A stretch of DNA of 64,000 nucleotides from an uncultured virus (IMG/VR IMGVR_UViG_3300009838_000020). Lineage: Duplodnaviria; Heunggongvirae; Uroviricota; Caudoviricetes. Shown here in pieces: positions 35,171 through 44,785 of this stretch (its first letter is position 1; each line of letters starts with the position of its first letter). The stretch lies in the IMG/VR virus record IMGVR_UViG_3300009838_000020, one strand, 5' to 3'. The translations under genes and the position numbers were made by a program. The notes beneath the pieces are model-generated. The model was not told the DNA's origin. It searched no databases and saw nothing but the letters and a program-made list of their open reading frames with translations.

Positions 35171-35685
35171 TACTTTTTAGTTGCTAGATAAATAACTGTT
35201 CCTAAAATAGCCACAGCTCCAATACCTAGCCCAACATACAACACCGTATTGTCTTTTCCTCCGCCCAAAGCTAAAGCTTTTTGAGCTTCAAGTTGTGCTA
35301 AAACAGTTTGTTGGTTAAGTTGTGCAATAGCTAATTGAGCTTGTGCTTTTTCTCTTTCTATTCGGGCTTCTTTTTCAAGTAATTTACCAGACTGTTGCCC
35401 TGTGTAAATCTGACCTCCTAAAGCTGTTAACCCAGTAATTGTTCCACCCCAGTCAAAGTTTAAAAACTCTTCGCTTGACAAAACCTTTTTGTTGGCTTCT
35501 GCAAACTTAATAAAGTCGTTTTTAAATTTCTCTGAGCTTCCCAAACCTGCAATTACAGACTTAACCATATCACTTGGTCTTGAAGGGTCGGCATTAATTG
35601 TTACACCGTTTTGGTTTAACATTCTGGCAACCTCTGCTGGGTACAGCCCTACTGTTCTTCCTATTAATTTTGCTGTATCACTCAT
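35170..35685 (-). CDS. virion membrane protein family member
   Basis: PAEVARMLNQNGVTI N-domain, FLNFDWGG, coiled coil, TM-IYLATKK. Confidence 0.6.
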   Translation of the reverse strand: MSDTAKLIGRTVGLYPAEVARMLNQNGVTINADPSRPSDMVKSVIAGLGSSEKFKNDFIKFAEANKKVLSSEEFLNFDWGGTITGLTALGGQIYTGQQSGKLLEKEARIEREKAQAQLAIAQLNQQTVLAQLEAQKALALGGGKDNTVLYVGLGIGAVAILGTVIYLATKK

Positions 35686-35688
35686 TTT

Positions 35689-36243
35689 TTATTTTTTTTT
35701 GGTTGCGAAATAAATCAACCCACCGATTAGTGCTGTTCCAACAACCCCTAAAACAACATAAAGTGCTGTGTTCGATTTTGGTGGTGGCGGTACGATTGGA
35801 GCTGTAGCAATAATGGCATCTGCTTCTTTGCTTCTTACCTCTAGCTCTTTTGCGTCTTTATACTTTTCAAACAAATTAGTTGCTACTCCTAAATACTTTT
35901 CAAAAGGGTTTTGTGTTGCTGGTGCAACTGGAGGTGTAGAAGCGGTCGGGCTTGTGCTTGTGGTAGCTGTTGCAACGCTGTTCTGTGGAGTCCAACCTAT
36001 ACCGCTTGAAAAGTCTGCTCCTGTGAAATTCATCATGGTTTCTTTTTCCATAACAGTTACAGCCAGTAATACTTCTTTTTTGAAAGCCTCTGATTTTTTC
36101 ATGGCTTCAATAATTGTATTGGCAAGCTCATTATTGGAAATAGATTTTTTTACCAAAACACCATTTCTACGCAAAATACCTAAGTACTTGTCTTTGTTTT
36201 TATTGATTGAATTCAACAATAATGATTTAAAATTTACATCCAT
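35689..36243 (-). CDS. virion membrane protein family member
   Basis: KDKYLGILRRNGVLV N-domain, MMNFTG, TM-IYFATKKK. Confidence 0.6.
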   Translation of the reverse strand: MDVNFKSLLLNSINKNKDKYLGILRRNGVLVKKSISNNELANTIIEAMKKSEAFKKEVLLAVTVMEKETMMNFTGADFSSGIGWTPQNSVATATTSTSPTASTPPVAPATQNPFEKYLGVATNLFEKYKDAKELEVRSKEADAIIATAPIVPPPPKSNTALYVVLGVVGTALIGGLIYFATKKK

Positions 36244-36247
36244 TTTG

Positions 36248-36637
36248 TTATTTTTTTGTAATTAATGCTAACGCAACAACAAAAGCCCCAGCCAACACTA
36301 GCGTGTTTAATTGGTTGTAAAACGCAACACTTGCTTGTTTTTGTTGGGTATCGTCTGTGCCAGAAGCGTTGAAGTAAGCGTTTTTAGCTTTTCCACAATT
36401 ACCTCCGCACCCACATCCTGATTCTTTTTTTTCCGTACTTTGAAAAACTTCTAAAATCACATCTTTATCTGGATGATTCTCTAAAACCTTTACCAAAGCT
36501 GGTTCACCAACATTGGCTACTAGCTCTCTAAGGCTTCTACCTAAGTCGCTACGGTTTGTAATTTCATAACCAAATGAATTGACAATATTCATTGCCTTAT
36601 TTGGGTTACTTGATGCGACGTATTCGTAAACGTTCAT
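36248..36637 (-). CDS. virion membrane protein family member
   Basis: PNKAMNIVNSFGYEI N-domain, CGCGGNCG, YFNASG, C-terminal TM. Confidence 0.6.
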   Translation of the reverse strand: MNVYEYVASSNPNKAMNIVNSFGYEITNRSDLGRSLRELVANVGEPALVKVLENHPDKDVILEVFQSTEKKESGCGCGGNCGKAKNAYFNASGTDDTQQKQASVAFYNQLNTLVLAGAFVVALALITKK

Positions 36638-36654
36638 ATATATTGGTTTTAATT

Positions 36655-36693
36655 AAAAAAGGCAAGCCGAACGAAATTCAAACTTGCCTTTTT
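36655..36693 (-). terminator. intrinsic terminator after the capsid candidate
   Basis: AAAAAAGGCAAG...CTTGCCTTTTT. Confidence 0.65.
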
Positions 36694-36732
36694 GATTATA
36701 CTCAATTCGGTATTTACATTGTCTGATGTTTA

Positions 36733-37431
36733 CTAAGCTTTAAGCTTAATAGTCTGACCGTTTACAACATTTGGATTACCAAATTGTTTGCTCACCGTTT
36801 GACCACCCAAAGCTCTCGCTAAGTTGATGTTGTCAGCTGGGTAGAAGTACAATTTAACAGTTGCGTTCGCCAAAATTTGACGGATGATGATTTTTGTGAA
36901 ACCATCAATTCTGTATGGATACTTCATTGCAATGATGTTGGTTTGTTGCTGATAAGGATCAATTGTTGGCACTAAAGTTTTTTGTGCTAAGTTACCGTTA
37001 GCGTCTTTAGTGTTTACAGAGAACGTTTCCAAAACCTGACCAGACGTTGAAGACTGGATATAGGTTAAACCAACACTGTAAGGTTGATTCATAAATTGAT
37101 ACAACATTTCACGGTAAGTAATGTCTGGAATACCAGATTTGATTGTTACTGAACCGATTACAAGGTCTCCACCTGCTGTGAAACCTGCGTTGTTGATGTA
37201 CTGGTAAGAACCTAATACTTCAAAATTCGCTACAGCTGAACCAGATGCCGACGTTACGTCGATAATGTAAGGCTGTGAAGTTTGAACATTAGCTCCCATT
37301 CCGCCACCTGCGTTGCGGAAAAAGTCATCACCTGTGAAAGACAAATCGTCATCGATAAACCCATCAGCCGAAGCGAAGGTCTCCATAACGTTTCTCTCAG
37401 CGTTTGCGATATAATTTTTAACGTGATTCAT
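36733..37431 (-). CDS. candidate major capsid protein (single jelly-roll-like)
   Basis: 232 aa, beta-rich, no TM, amid membrane-protein genes; AAC/TTC/ATC-rich codons suggest high expression; own terminator; near the packaging ATPase. Confidence 0.5.
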   Translation of the reverse strand: MNHVKNYIANAERNVMETFASADGFIDDDLSFTGDDFFRNAGGGMGANVQTSQPYIIDVTSASGSAVANFEVLGSYQYINNAGFTAGGDLVIGSVTIKSGIPDITYREMLYQFMNQPYSVGLTYIQSSTSGQVLETFSVNTKDANGNLAQKTLVPTIDPYQQQTNIIAMKYPYRIDGFTKIIIRQILANATVKLYFYPADNINLARALGGQTVSKQFGNPNVVNGQTIKLKA

Positions 37432-37460
37432 TTTTATTCTTTTTTAAAATTTTACGATTT

Positions 37461-37586
37461 TTACTCTACCACTTCTGGTGCTAAAGTTTTGGTTTTTGCT
37501 AGTTGTCTTTTAACTGCGTCGGCAACTAAAATGCCTAAAGCAATTAAAACTACCATTTTCCCACCTTCAAGTAATTGGTTTTTCAT
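37461..37586 (-). CDS. small membrane protein (41 aa) upstream of the capsid candidate
   Basis: MKNQLLEGGKMVVLIALGILVADAVKRQLAKTKTLAPEVVE*. Confidence 0.55.
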   Translation of the reverse strand: MKNQLLEGGKMVVLIALGILVADAVKRQLAKTKTLAPEVVE

Positions 37587-37718
37587 TTCAGAATGTTTTA
37601 AATTTTTTCATATTATTTTCAGAAATAATGATAATCCAAAGATAATAGTAGCTTAAATACATTTATGACATGCAAACTTGTTTATCGTAAACTCAAAAAA
37701 AAATAAAAATTTATGTTG

Positions 37719-38174
37719 TTAAAATTTAAAAATCGGTCGAGATATTCCTAGTCCTATAAACATACCAAATTTAGGCTCGTCTGTTATGCCAAATCCATAG
37801 CCTCCCACAAATCCCAAAGACCATTTTTTGTCCGCCTGTTTTTTTACTATGTCTATTATTTCGTCTTTTTTATCGGACTTGTCTTGTAGTTTGTCTGCTT
37901 TTAGTTCTAGCCCAGCTACTTTTTGTTCAAGTAAAAGAATAACACTGTCCCTTTCCGAAATAGCTTTCTTCATTTCTTTGATGTTGTCGTTAAGCAACTT
38001 TCTTTCTGCCTTACAAACGTCTCCATCGATTAAGTCGTTTGCAATGTACAAAGCGGTAATTGTGTCAATTCTCACCAAACTCTTCTCTTCTTCTTTCTTT
38101 GTACCTTTCTGTGAAATAGCGTTCAAACATGTTAGCATCATAACTAACAAAAGAGCTTTTTTTATCTTTCCCAT
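37719..38174 (-). CDS. spanin-like/exported coiled-coil protein
   Basis: Signal peptide, coiled coil, C-terminal beta-hairpin; overlaps the upstream gene in the lysis module. Confidence 0.5.
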   Translation of the reverse strand: MGKIKKALLLVMMLTCLNAISQKGTKKEEEKSLVRIDTITALYIANDLIDGDVCKAERKLLNDNIKEMKKAISERDSVILLLEQKVAGLELKADKLQDKSDKKDEIIDIVKKQADKKWSLGFVGGYGFGITDEPKFGMFIGLGISRPIFKF

Positions 38175-38460
38175 CTTTTATAATTTTATCGATTTTGCTG
38201 TTGTTGTTGTTTATTTTTTCGTCAATTAAATTAAAGCTGTTTTTGTACAAATCAATTTTACCGTCGATTTTGGCGTTTGATAAATCTATTTTTTTTACGT
38301 CAACGTCAATTTGTTCGATTTCTTTTTCGATTTTTTCCAGCTTCTTGCTCATGCTGTAGTCTTGGTATACGAAATACGCTAATACCACAAACAAAGCGAT
38401 TGCTACAATTAAAATAAGCTTTAATCGTCCTTCTAGTTTTTGCAAATACTGTTCTACCAT
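38065..38460 (-). CDS. i-spanin-like protein
   Basis: N-terminal TM plus long coiled coil, directly after the endolysin. Confidence 0.5.
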   Translation of the reverse strand: MVEQYLQKLEGRLKLILIVAIALFVVLAYFVYQDYSMSKKLEKIEKEIEQIDVDVKKIDLSNAKIDGKIDLYKNSFNLIDEKINNNNSKIDKIIKDGKDKKSSFVSYDANMFERYFTERYKERRREEFGEN

Positions 38461-38464
38461 TTTT

Positions 38465-39016
38465 TTATAATATTGGATAAACGTACTTTACCCCGTTAAT
38501 AATTTCTGTTGTAAACTTGCCTTCGTCAACTAGTTTTTTTAATGACCTTGCATTGTGTCCAAATGTTAATTCAAAATGCGGTTTGTCTTTAAAATTTTTC
38601 CAGTCACCACCCCATACAAAACCTAAAGATTTGAAATAATCCACAACCTCCATCCAGTCTGCCGTGCCGTCTTTATCAAAATCCAAAGTGGTATTCCATG
38701 AAGCGGTTTCAAGTGTTCCGTCACCGTCTTTGTCTAGCAACAAAACAATGTCCCATGCGAGACCATAATTGTGAATGCTAAATCCTCCTTTTACATAAGT
38801 TACGATTCCTAATCGTTTTCCGTCTGCATCAAACAGTCTACTTCTCCCTTGTGCGTAAAGAGCGTCTTGCTGTTCTTTTGTTGCGTATGTTCTAGCGAAA
38901 CGAAGCCTAACCCCTTTTCCTAAAAGCTTGTTGTTTGCGAACTGATACGCTTTTAATACTCTATCCCTGATGTTCGGGTGGAGTGTCTTGATTCTCTCCA
39001 GTGTGATTGTATCCAT
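38465..39016 (-). CDS. endolysin, M15 family peptidase (L-Ala-D-Glu type)
   Basis: QDALYAQGR...SIHNYGLAWD...WGGDWKNFKDKPHFE. Confidence 0.9.
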   Translation of the reverse strand: MDTITLERIKTLHPNIRDRVLKAYQFANNKLLGKGVRLRFARTYATKEQQDALYAQGRSRLFDADGKRLGIVTYVKGGFSIHNYGLAWDIVLLLDKDGDGTLETASWNTTLDFDKDGTADWMEVVDYFKSLGFVWGGDWKNFKDKPHFELTFGHNARSLKKLVDEGKFTTEIINGVKYVYPIL

Positions 39017-39215
39017 TGCTGTTTCTGATTTTATAAAATTCTTTTACTACTGTGATAACCGTTTCGCTTCCTATGTAAACACTAGCTATTATAACCCAGT
39101 CTGGAGACTCAATATTTCCCACAAACATACCTATGCTTGCAACCGTAAAAACGGTAAGCTTCCTAGATACAAGCTTGTGTATTAAAGAGTCAACTATTTC
39201 CTTTCTTGCTGGCAT
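38961..39215 (-). CDS. putative holin
   Basis: SRKL plus two TMs (WVIIASVYIG), directly upstream of the endolysin. Confidence 0.65.
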   Translation of the reverse strand: MPARKEIVDSLIHKLVSRKLTVFTVASIGMFVGNIESPDWVIIASVYIGSETVITVVKEFYKIRNSNGYNHTGENQDTPPEHQG

Positions 39216-39576
39216 TTTTTTGAAAACTATTAATGTATAGTTTGTCCCATTCTTTTTTTTCGTTGCGTGTCAATGACTCATAAGCGAAGTGACCGTATTG
39301 CAATTTTTGCTTGTCATCAAGTTCAGAAAATTTTACTGGAAAAAATCTAAAATAAACAAAACCAAAATATAAAACTAGAGCCGTCAAAAAATACAAAACC
39401 CAAATTAAAAAACTCGGTGTTGGGTAGTTAGGATTCGTGGCTACAAAATAGCCTGTTACAACAAATACTGGAAAAATAATTCTGCTGGCTCTTGGAGCAC
39501 TGTAGGTTTTCCCAAAAATTGAAATTGTGTAATCTAACACAAAATGCTTAATAATTAACTTTCTAAGTTTTTCCAT
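39190..39576 (-). CDS. membrane protein
   Basis: Two TM segments. Confidence 0.55.
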   Translation of the reverse strand: MEKLRKLIIKHFVLDYTISIFGKTYSAPRASRIIFPVFVVTGYFVATNPNYPTPSFLIWVLYFLTALVLYFGFVYFRFFPVKFSELDDKQKLQYGHFAYESLTRNEKKEWDKLYINSFQKNASKKGNS

Positions 39577-39578
39577 AA

Positions 39579-40400
39579 TTAATCTAAATAATATTTAAGA
39601 ATTCGCTCTCTATGAAACTTTACGGCTGACTCTGGTGTGTGTTTTTTTTGACCCCTACCTATGTCTTTATGTTGTAGCATCGGGCTGATAAGCTTTTTAT
39701 AGTTTATCGAAAGATAATCGTCAATAATAGGCATAAATTTAGCTCGGTCTATTCCTTTTATTTTTTCATCTTCAATATCAACATAAACATAAATTCTTTG
39801 ATTTCCAGCATGATACTCGCTATTTGTATACATTTCTACAAGTTTAAGCATTTCATACTTATCTTCAAACTTATTTCGGTGTTTATCTACTGAGTCGGTG
39901 TTTTTATGAAACCTAATCCAGTTTAAGTTTTGCCAGATTTTTGGGCTAATTCTACCAATACTTTGAAAGTGTAAAATTAAATCGGTGTCCGTATGTCTGT
40001 TGGTGCAAATAGCTCCAACCAAATCGTTTGGCAAATAATCCGATATGTACCTGTTGATGTCTTCAATTAACAAAAGCCCTCCTCTGTAATCGTTTAGGAT
40101 TTTGAAAAGAGTGTCTTGTATTTCTTGAATTGTCATTCTGATACCGTTATCGTGAAACGGTCTAATTCGTCTTGCTTCAATTATAGGGTGCGAACTAAAT
40201 CGAATTACGTCTTGTATTTTAAGAGCTTTTACGTGCTCAAATTCATCGTTAACATCCAATATCAAAGCACGTCTTGGAGGTATACCTCTTGCGAGGTCTC
40301 CAGCGACGTATCTTTGTATCATTTTTTCGGTTTGATAGGTTTTTCCGCAACCTTTTCTACCGACCCCAACTCCTAATTTTGGTTCTCTCTCATTTGCCAT
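39579..40400 (-). CDS. A32/FtsK-HerA-type genome packaging ATPase
   Basis: Walker A GRKGCGKT, Walker B LLLIED, NRH...LILHFQ motif; 273 aa, no nuclease domain. Confidence 0.7.
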   Translation of the reverse strand: MANEREPKLGVGVGRKGCGKTYQTEKMIQRYVAGDLARGIPPRRALILDVNDEFEHVKALKIQDVIRFSSHPIIEARRIRPFHDNGIRMTIQEIQDTLFKILNDYRGGLLLIEDINRYISDYLPNDLVGAICTNRHTDTDLILHFQSIGRISPKIWQNLNWIRFHKNTDSVDKHRNKFEDKYEMLKLVEMYTNSEYHAGNQRIYVYVDIEDEKIKGIDRAKFMPIIDDYLSINYKKLISPMLQHKDIGRGQKKHTPESAVKFHRERILKYYLD

Positions 40401-40482
40401 ATTTCAAAATAAGTATTAAAGCAATTACATAAACCCACATAGCTATGTAATAAATGTAAAAATTAATTTTTTTATTTTTCAT

Positions 40483-41544
40483 TTAGCTATTTTTTGGCTT
40501 TCTTCTTGAAGGAACTGTTCTTAAAACAACCTTTTTTGTTGTACGGCTTTTTTTGGCAATCTTATCTATACCTTTTAACGTTTCTGGGTCTCCAAAACTC
40601 GGCATGTTAGAAGGTATTTTAGTTTCTTGTGCAAATCCACCTGTGTTTTTCAAGTTAGAATAAACAACGTCTTCTTCTGGCTCGAAATACTCTAGCTGTT
40701 CACCAACTGGAGTTTTAGGTGTTTTACGGGCTGGTCTACTGGCTGTTGTTGGCTCAACGACTTCACTTATTTTTTCTGTAAATTCTTCCTCTGGCTCTAC
40801 TCTTGAACTTGGTGTTGGTGTTGGTGGAGTGGGCTGTGATGTTGGTTGCACTGGACTTGGTTGTGGCTTAGGTGCTCTGGACTCTCTTAGTGCTTGGGTG
40901 TTACTTACTAATGCTTCTAAAATACCTTTGTTTGTTTTATATAATGCACCAGCAGATATTAATTTTGGTGTTACATCCATACCGACTAAATACATAAGAG
41001 TCTGCGTATCGGTCATTCCAATACCTTTCTTTTTATAGATTCTTACTAGTACTGGAGTTACTTTTTCCTTAAATTCATCTTCAACAATAAAAGCCTCTTT
41101 TACTGTCTGGTTGTACTCTGTGGCAAATTCCTTAATGCCAACTTCTCCGCTCTCTGTTGGTAATGTAATGTCTGGGTCTATTTGACCTTCGGCTATTAAT
41201 CTGTCAATTTTTGTTTCTGAAATTTCTCCAATTTTACCTAAAAGACCACATAATTTTGCGTATAAGTCTACGCTCATTTCTGCCATCATTTCAGCTCCCA
41301 TCGTTTTCTCTTTGCCGTCTAACTGAGAAAACTCTTCGTTAAAAACACGGTCTTCTGTTTTGCCACTGTCTTCGGGTTCGTCAAAATCATTAAAAGAAGG
41401 AGGTGTAAACGACGGCTCTTCAAGAGGCGTTACAATTTCGTCTTCTGTAATTTTGTGGCTTGTATAAGCTCTTTTTTTTACTGGTGCTCCTAATGGTGAG
41501 TAATCATCAATAATTGCTTCTGCGTTATAAGTTTCTTGGCTCAT
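40483..41544 (-). CDS. acidic/Pro-rich hypothetical protein
   Basis: 353 aa ORF upstream of the ATPase. Confidence 0.6.
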   Translation of the reverse strand: MSQETYNAEAIIDDYSPLGAPVKKRAYTSHKITEDEIVTPLEEPSFTPPSFNDFDEPEDSGKTEDRVFNEEFSQLDGKEKTMGAEMMAEMSVDLYAKLCGLLGKIGEISETKIDRLIAEGQIDPDITLPTESGEVGIKEFATEYNQTVKEAFIVEDEFKEKVTPVLVRIYKKKGIGMTDTQTLMYLVGMDVTPKLISAGALYKTNKGILEALVSNTQALRESRAPKPQPSPVQPTSQPTPPTPTPSSRVEPEEEFTEKISEVVEPTTASRPARKTPKTPVGEQLEYFEPEEDVVYSNLKNTGGFAQETKIPSNMPSFGDPETLKGIDKIAKKSRTTKKVVLRTVPSRRKPKNS

Positions 41545-41977
41545 TTAATATAGGTTTAATTTTTGTTTCTACTTCTTCTAATTTTTGTAATATTTTTTTA
41601 TCGTAAGGATGTGTCGGGTCTAGGTTTGCAATTTCTTTACGAACAACTGAAATCATCGTTTCGGATTTTTTTAGAATGAACGAAACATCGACCGACTCAA
41701 ATCCAAAATATTTTATCAAAATAAAAGCTACAGCTCCGTTGGCTATGCGTCTATGCATTTTTCTAGCGTCTGAAAAAAACTGCCTTTTTGTAATTTGAAA
41801 AACTTGGCATGTTTCTTCAATAATTCTAGTGGCTAGATTAACTTTTTCTTCATCCAAATTAACTTCTGCCTTTTGTATGTTGACTAGATGCTGGGTCAAT
41901 TTGTCTACTCCTAAAATGACAGCTGTTTTACCAACTTCATTTAGCAACGTTTGCATTTTTAAATTATCCTGACTCAT
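41525..41977 (-). CDS. hypothetical protein, possible DnaA-C-terminal-like HTH
   Basis: IIEETCQVFQIT..QF.S..R pattern (weak). Confidence 0.4.
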   Translation of the reverse strand: MSQDNLKMQTLLNEVGKTAVILGVDKLTQHLVNIQKAEVNLDEEKVNLATRIIEETCQVFQITKRQFFSDARKMHRRIANGAVAFILIKYFGFESVDVSFILKKSETMISVVRKEIANLDPTHPYDKKILQKLEEVETKIKPILNEPRNL

Positions 41978-42618
41978 AGCTTATATTTTTTTATAAATTC
42001 TGGGTGTTTGATAATTGCATTACCTACTAATCTAGCAAAATCATTATCTGTCGGGTAGTTAAGCCCTAAATAAAGTCTGCTATATGCCACATCGTCAATT
42101 AGCTCTTTGCAAAACTTATGAAGAGAAGGGTTGCTACTAGCAATAACATTTAGAACCACATAAGCATAGCAAGTGTGTCCGCTTGGGTAAGACGGACTGT
42201 TTGCTGAATTGCTGGCGTAAGGAAATAGCTTTAGCTTTTTGTAGTTAGCAAGCTGGCTTGGGCGAGGTCTTTGAAACTTGTATTTCAATTTGAGTATAAA
42301 CGGCACAATGTCTTCATATACTTTGGCTGTTAACTCCTCCACATTAACTCCTTTTTGCAAAATCAACGAATTGATAGACTGCATGATGTTTCTGTCATAC
42401 GACCGATACCTTTTAAGGTAAATTTCGTTTTCAGAACTATCAAGCTCCTTAATCATTTCGTTTATTTCGTTAAGCTCTTCCACAACCAGCTCAGAGTCAT
42501 TGTTTGGGACTTGTGAAATAGCCAAGCTCGCAAACAAATCGTCTGTTATCGATGTTTGTGTTATTGCTTTTTTTTGTTCATGTGTTGGGTTTCCGTAAGT
42601 TACTTGGTTTATGTCCAT
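41974..42618 (-). CDS. PAP2/haloperoxidase-superfamily phosphatase
   Basis: KYKFQRPRP, PSYPSGH, SRLYLGLNYPTD (third-motif His replaced by Asn). Confidence 0.8.
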   Translation of the reverse strand: MDINQVTYGNPTHEQKKAITQTSITDDLFASLAISQVPNNDSELVVEELNEINEMIKELDSSENEIYLKRYRSYDRNIMQSINSLILQKGVNVEELTAKVYEDIVPFILKLKYKFQRPRPSQLANYKKLKLFPYASNSANSPSYPSGHTCYAYVVLNVIASSNPSLHKFCKELIDDVAYSRLYLGLNYPTDNDFARLVGNAIIKHPEFIKKYKL

Positions 42619-42861
42619 TTATGTTGTTTTTTTGCAGTCCTGTAAAAATTGCTCTTTCATTTGTGCTAGAGCCTCTGGTGTCGCTCTAATTGTTTGTGCT
42701 TGTTCCATCCACTTCTGTTCGCAATCACTAAGTGATGTGTCTGCTTCTTTTGTCGGGACTATCATTTTTGCTAATGACTTTGACTTTCCTAACACGTTGT
42801 ATGAAGCTACTAAATAACCAGCAACCATACCTCCTAAAACTAATAATAAATCTCTTTTCAT
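42619..42861 (-). CDS. small membrane protein
   Basis: N-terminal TM, Cys pair. Confidence 0.55.
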   Translation of the reverse strand: MKRDLLLVLGGMVAGYLVASYNVLGKSKSLAKMIVPTKEADTSLSDCEQKWMEQAQTIRATPEALAQMKEQFLQDCKKTT

Positions 42862-42863
42862 AA

Positions 42864-43202
42864 TTAAACTGCTTTGTAGGCGTTGCCCATTATTTTTTTA
42901 ACATTCATTTTTATTTCGTCAACATCCGAAATCAAATCTTCGATGTCGGTGTTGTTTTTGTCTTCATCTATTTTTTTTATCGCTTTTCGATAATAAACAG
43001 TTGAAAAAACACTTGATAATAAAAGAGCTACCAACACTACTATTTCAACGGTTTTCATTTTGCCAGATTTTGCAAAAACGCCTCCAGACTCCATTTCTTG
43101 AACGGGTGCTGGTGCTGGTGCTGGCGTTGTTTGTAAGGGCGGTGTAGATGCCGATACTTGGGCTGGAGCTTGTGCTTGCGGGCTATCGATTTGTCCTTCC
43201 AT
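42864..43202 (-). CDS. membrane protein with Pro-rich leader and MESGG motif
   Basis: PAPAPAPVQEMESGGVF then TM. Confidence 0.55.
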   Translation of the reverse strand: MEGQIDSPQAQAPAQVSASTPPLQTTPAPAPAPVQEMESGGVFAKSGKMKTVEIVVLVALLLSSVFSTVYYRKAIKKIDEDKNNTDIEDLISDVDEIKMNVKKIMGNAYKAV

Positions 43203-43216
43203 TTTGTTTTTTTTTT

Positions 43217-43651
43217 TTAAATTTTGTTTTTGATTACTAGCCCAATAATGGCTAGTCCTAGAAATCCTGAAACACCTGCGTAAACTAGCCGATGTTTATA
43301 CAAATGCTCTTTTGCGTTTGTGATTTTTTGCTTAGTGCTCTCGCTTGAAAAAACAGTTGGCTTGAAAGGTTTAGTTCCTACTAAAACAACTTCGTCAAGC
43401 ACATCTATAGACTCGTACATTTTAATTTTTTTGTTTTGTAACTCTGATGCTATAAATTTCTGAGTAACAAAACCAATATAGCTGATTTCAAAAATCGAAC
43501 TAGAATCAAAATCATCGCTCTCCAATACAAAATATCCGTCAAGATTTGATATAGTGCCGACTTTTCCAGCTTTTTGACCAGACTTTAGCGTGACGTTAGC
43601 AGAAACCAACGGCTCATTATTTACATCTACTATTTGACCTTCTATTTTCAT
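43217..43651 (-). CDS. CarboxypepD_reg-like domain protein with C-terminal TM
   Basis: GQIVDVNNEPLVSANV...GTISNLDGYF...ISYIGF...LDEVVLVG. Confidence 0.8.
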   Translation of the reverse strand: MKIEGQIVDVNNEPLVSANVTLKSGQKAGKVGTISNLDGYFVLESDDFDSSSIFEISYIGFVTQKFIASELQNKKIKMYESIDVLDEVVLVGTKPFKPTVFSSESTKQKITNAKEHLYKHRLVYAGVSGFLGLAIIGLVIKNKI

Positions 43652-43815
43652 TGTTGTTTTTTTGAATAAATATTTTTTATTACGTTGTAATTTATTATAA
43701 GAGAGGTAAAAAACAACAGTATTCCCGTTGCGACAAATATGTGGTCAAGCTTGCGTTTTAGTTCGCTTGAGTTTTTTTGTTCTGGTGGCGTTACCACTGG
43801 TGTTTCTGCGTTCAT
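43648..43815 (-). CDS. small membrane protein (55 aa)
   Basis: MNAETPVVTPPEQK...HIFVATGILLFFTSLIINY. Confidence 0.5.
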   Translation of the reverse strand: MNAETPVVTPPEQKNSSELKRKLDHIFVATGILLFFTSLIINYNVIKNIYSKKQQ

Positions 43816-44492
43816 TATTTTTTGTAATTTTTATATAAATAAATACCTCCCAATGATAATAAAAAAACCCCAATAATTAAACCTGCTGTAGCATTTTTTT
43901 TACCAGAATTACTAATAGCGTAAGGCTTATTGAGCACGTAAAAAGCGTCAAGTCTATTTAACCATCCTTTTAGATTAGCTGGCTGATTTAGACTGGCGTA
44001 TTTTGATGCTCTAAAATCATATAACTGCTCAAACAATTCTGGCGTTTGCCCTTTTGTATCAAGCTCGTTAACGTAATTTGCTATTTCGGTTATGTTTGAA
44101 AAAGACTTGCCGTATTTTGTTTTAAAAAAACTTTTTAACATGCTAGTAGCTCCTCCTACTCCGCTTCCCCAAGCCATTTCTACAAAAACATTTGCTATTG
44201 CCTGATTTCTTATTGTGTCACATTTCATAGGCTTCCAAAAGCCAGACAAATAAATTTTTTCCCAAACAGAATCGGGCATGTTTAGAAAATTACTACAACT
44301 GGCTTCATATCCACCGCTACCAGAAAGTCCTTTAAAAGTAATCCATTGAATTCCTTTATTTGTGTGATAAGGGTATCCGTTTTTTCCGTTACCACACGGA
44401 GCTGGATTTCTTCTTGCCGTGTCTGTTTGTGCGGAGCTGAGACCTCCTTCTGCTTTCCTTATGAAAGGAATTATGTTTTTATAGTTCGCCAT
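43815..44492 (-). CDS. glycoside hydrolase family 108-like muramidase with C-terminal TM
   Basis: EGG...TNKGI...IY..GFW...WGSG...GWLNRL. Confidence 0.75.
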   Translation of the reverse strand: MANYKNIIPFIRKAEGGLSSAQTDTARRNPAPCGNGKNGYPYHTNKGIQWITFKGLSGSGGYEASCSNFLNMPDSVWEKIYLSGFWKPMKCDTIRNQAIANVFVEMAWGSGVGGATSMLKSFFKTKYGKSFSNITEIANYVNELDTKGQTPELFEQLYDFRASKYASLNQPANLKGWLNRLDAFYVLNKPYAISNSGKKNATAGLIIGVFLLSLGGIYLYKNYKK

Positions 44493-44785
44493 TACCACAA
44501 TATTTTATCCGCATAATAACCGTTTGTGCCTTTTGCGTGACGGTCTTTTTCGTGTCTTTGTTTATAAAGTTGTCTACGCTTGTTTGCGTATCCTTTTTTA
44601 TATTTTCCTTTTTTTTCAAGCTCTAAATAGGTCGGGTAATCTTTCATACCTCTTGCCCCTATGCTAGCAACTTTTTCACCATTTTTAAAAACGTCAATTT
44701 TTTTCAAAGGGTTTTTTGAGGGTTTTATTACAACCCCTAGCTCTCTGGCTTTGTTCAGACTATATGTAGTTATTTTATAACCCAT
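44492..44785 (-). CDS. Tlr6F/DUF5754-like basic protein
   Basis: PS...KKIDV...IGARGMKDY...RR.LY..RH...ADKILW. Confidence 0.55.
   Translation of the reverse strand: MGYKITTYSLNKARELGVVIKPSKNPLKKIDVFKNGEKVASIGARGMKDYPTYLELEKKGKYKKGYANKRRQLYKQRHEKDRHAKGTNGYYADKILW

Noticed and set aside
39579..40400. Terminase large subunit
   Set aside because: Too short, no RNase H-like nuclease domain, and the motif layout fits A32/FtsK-HerA ATPases.
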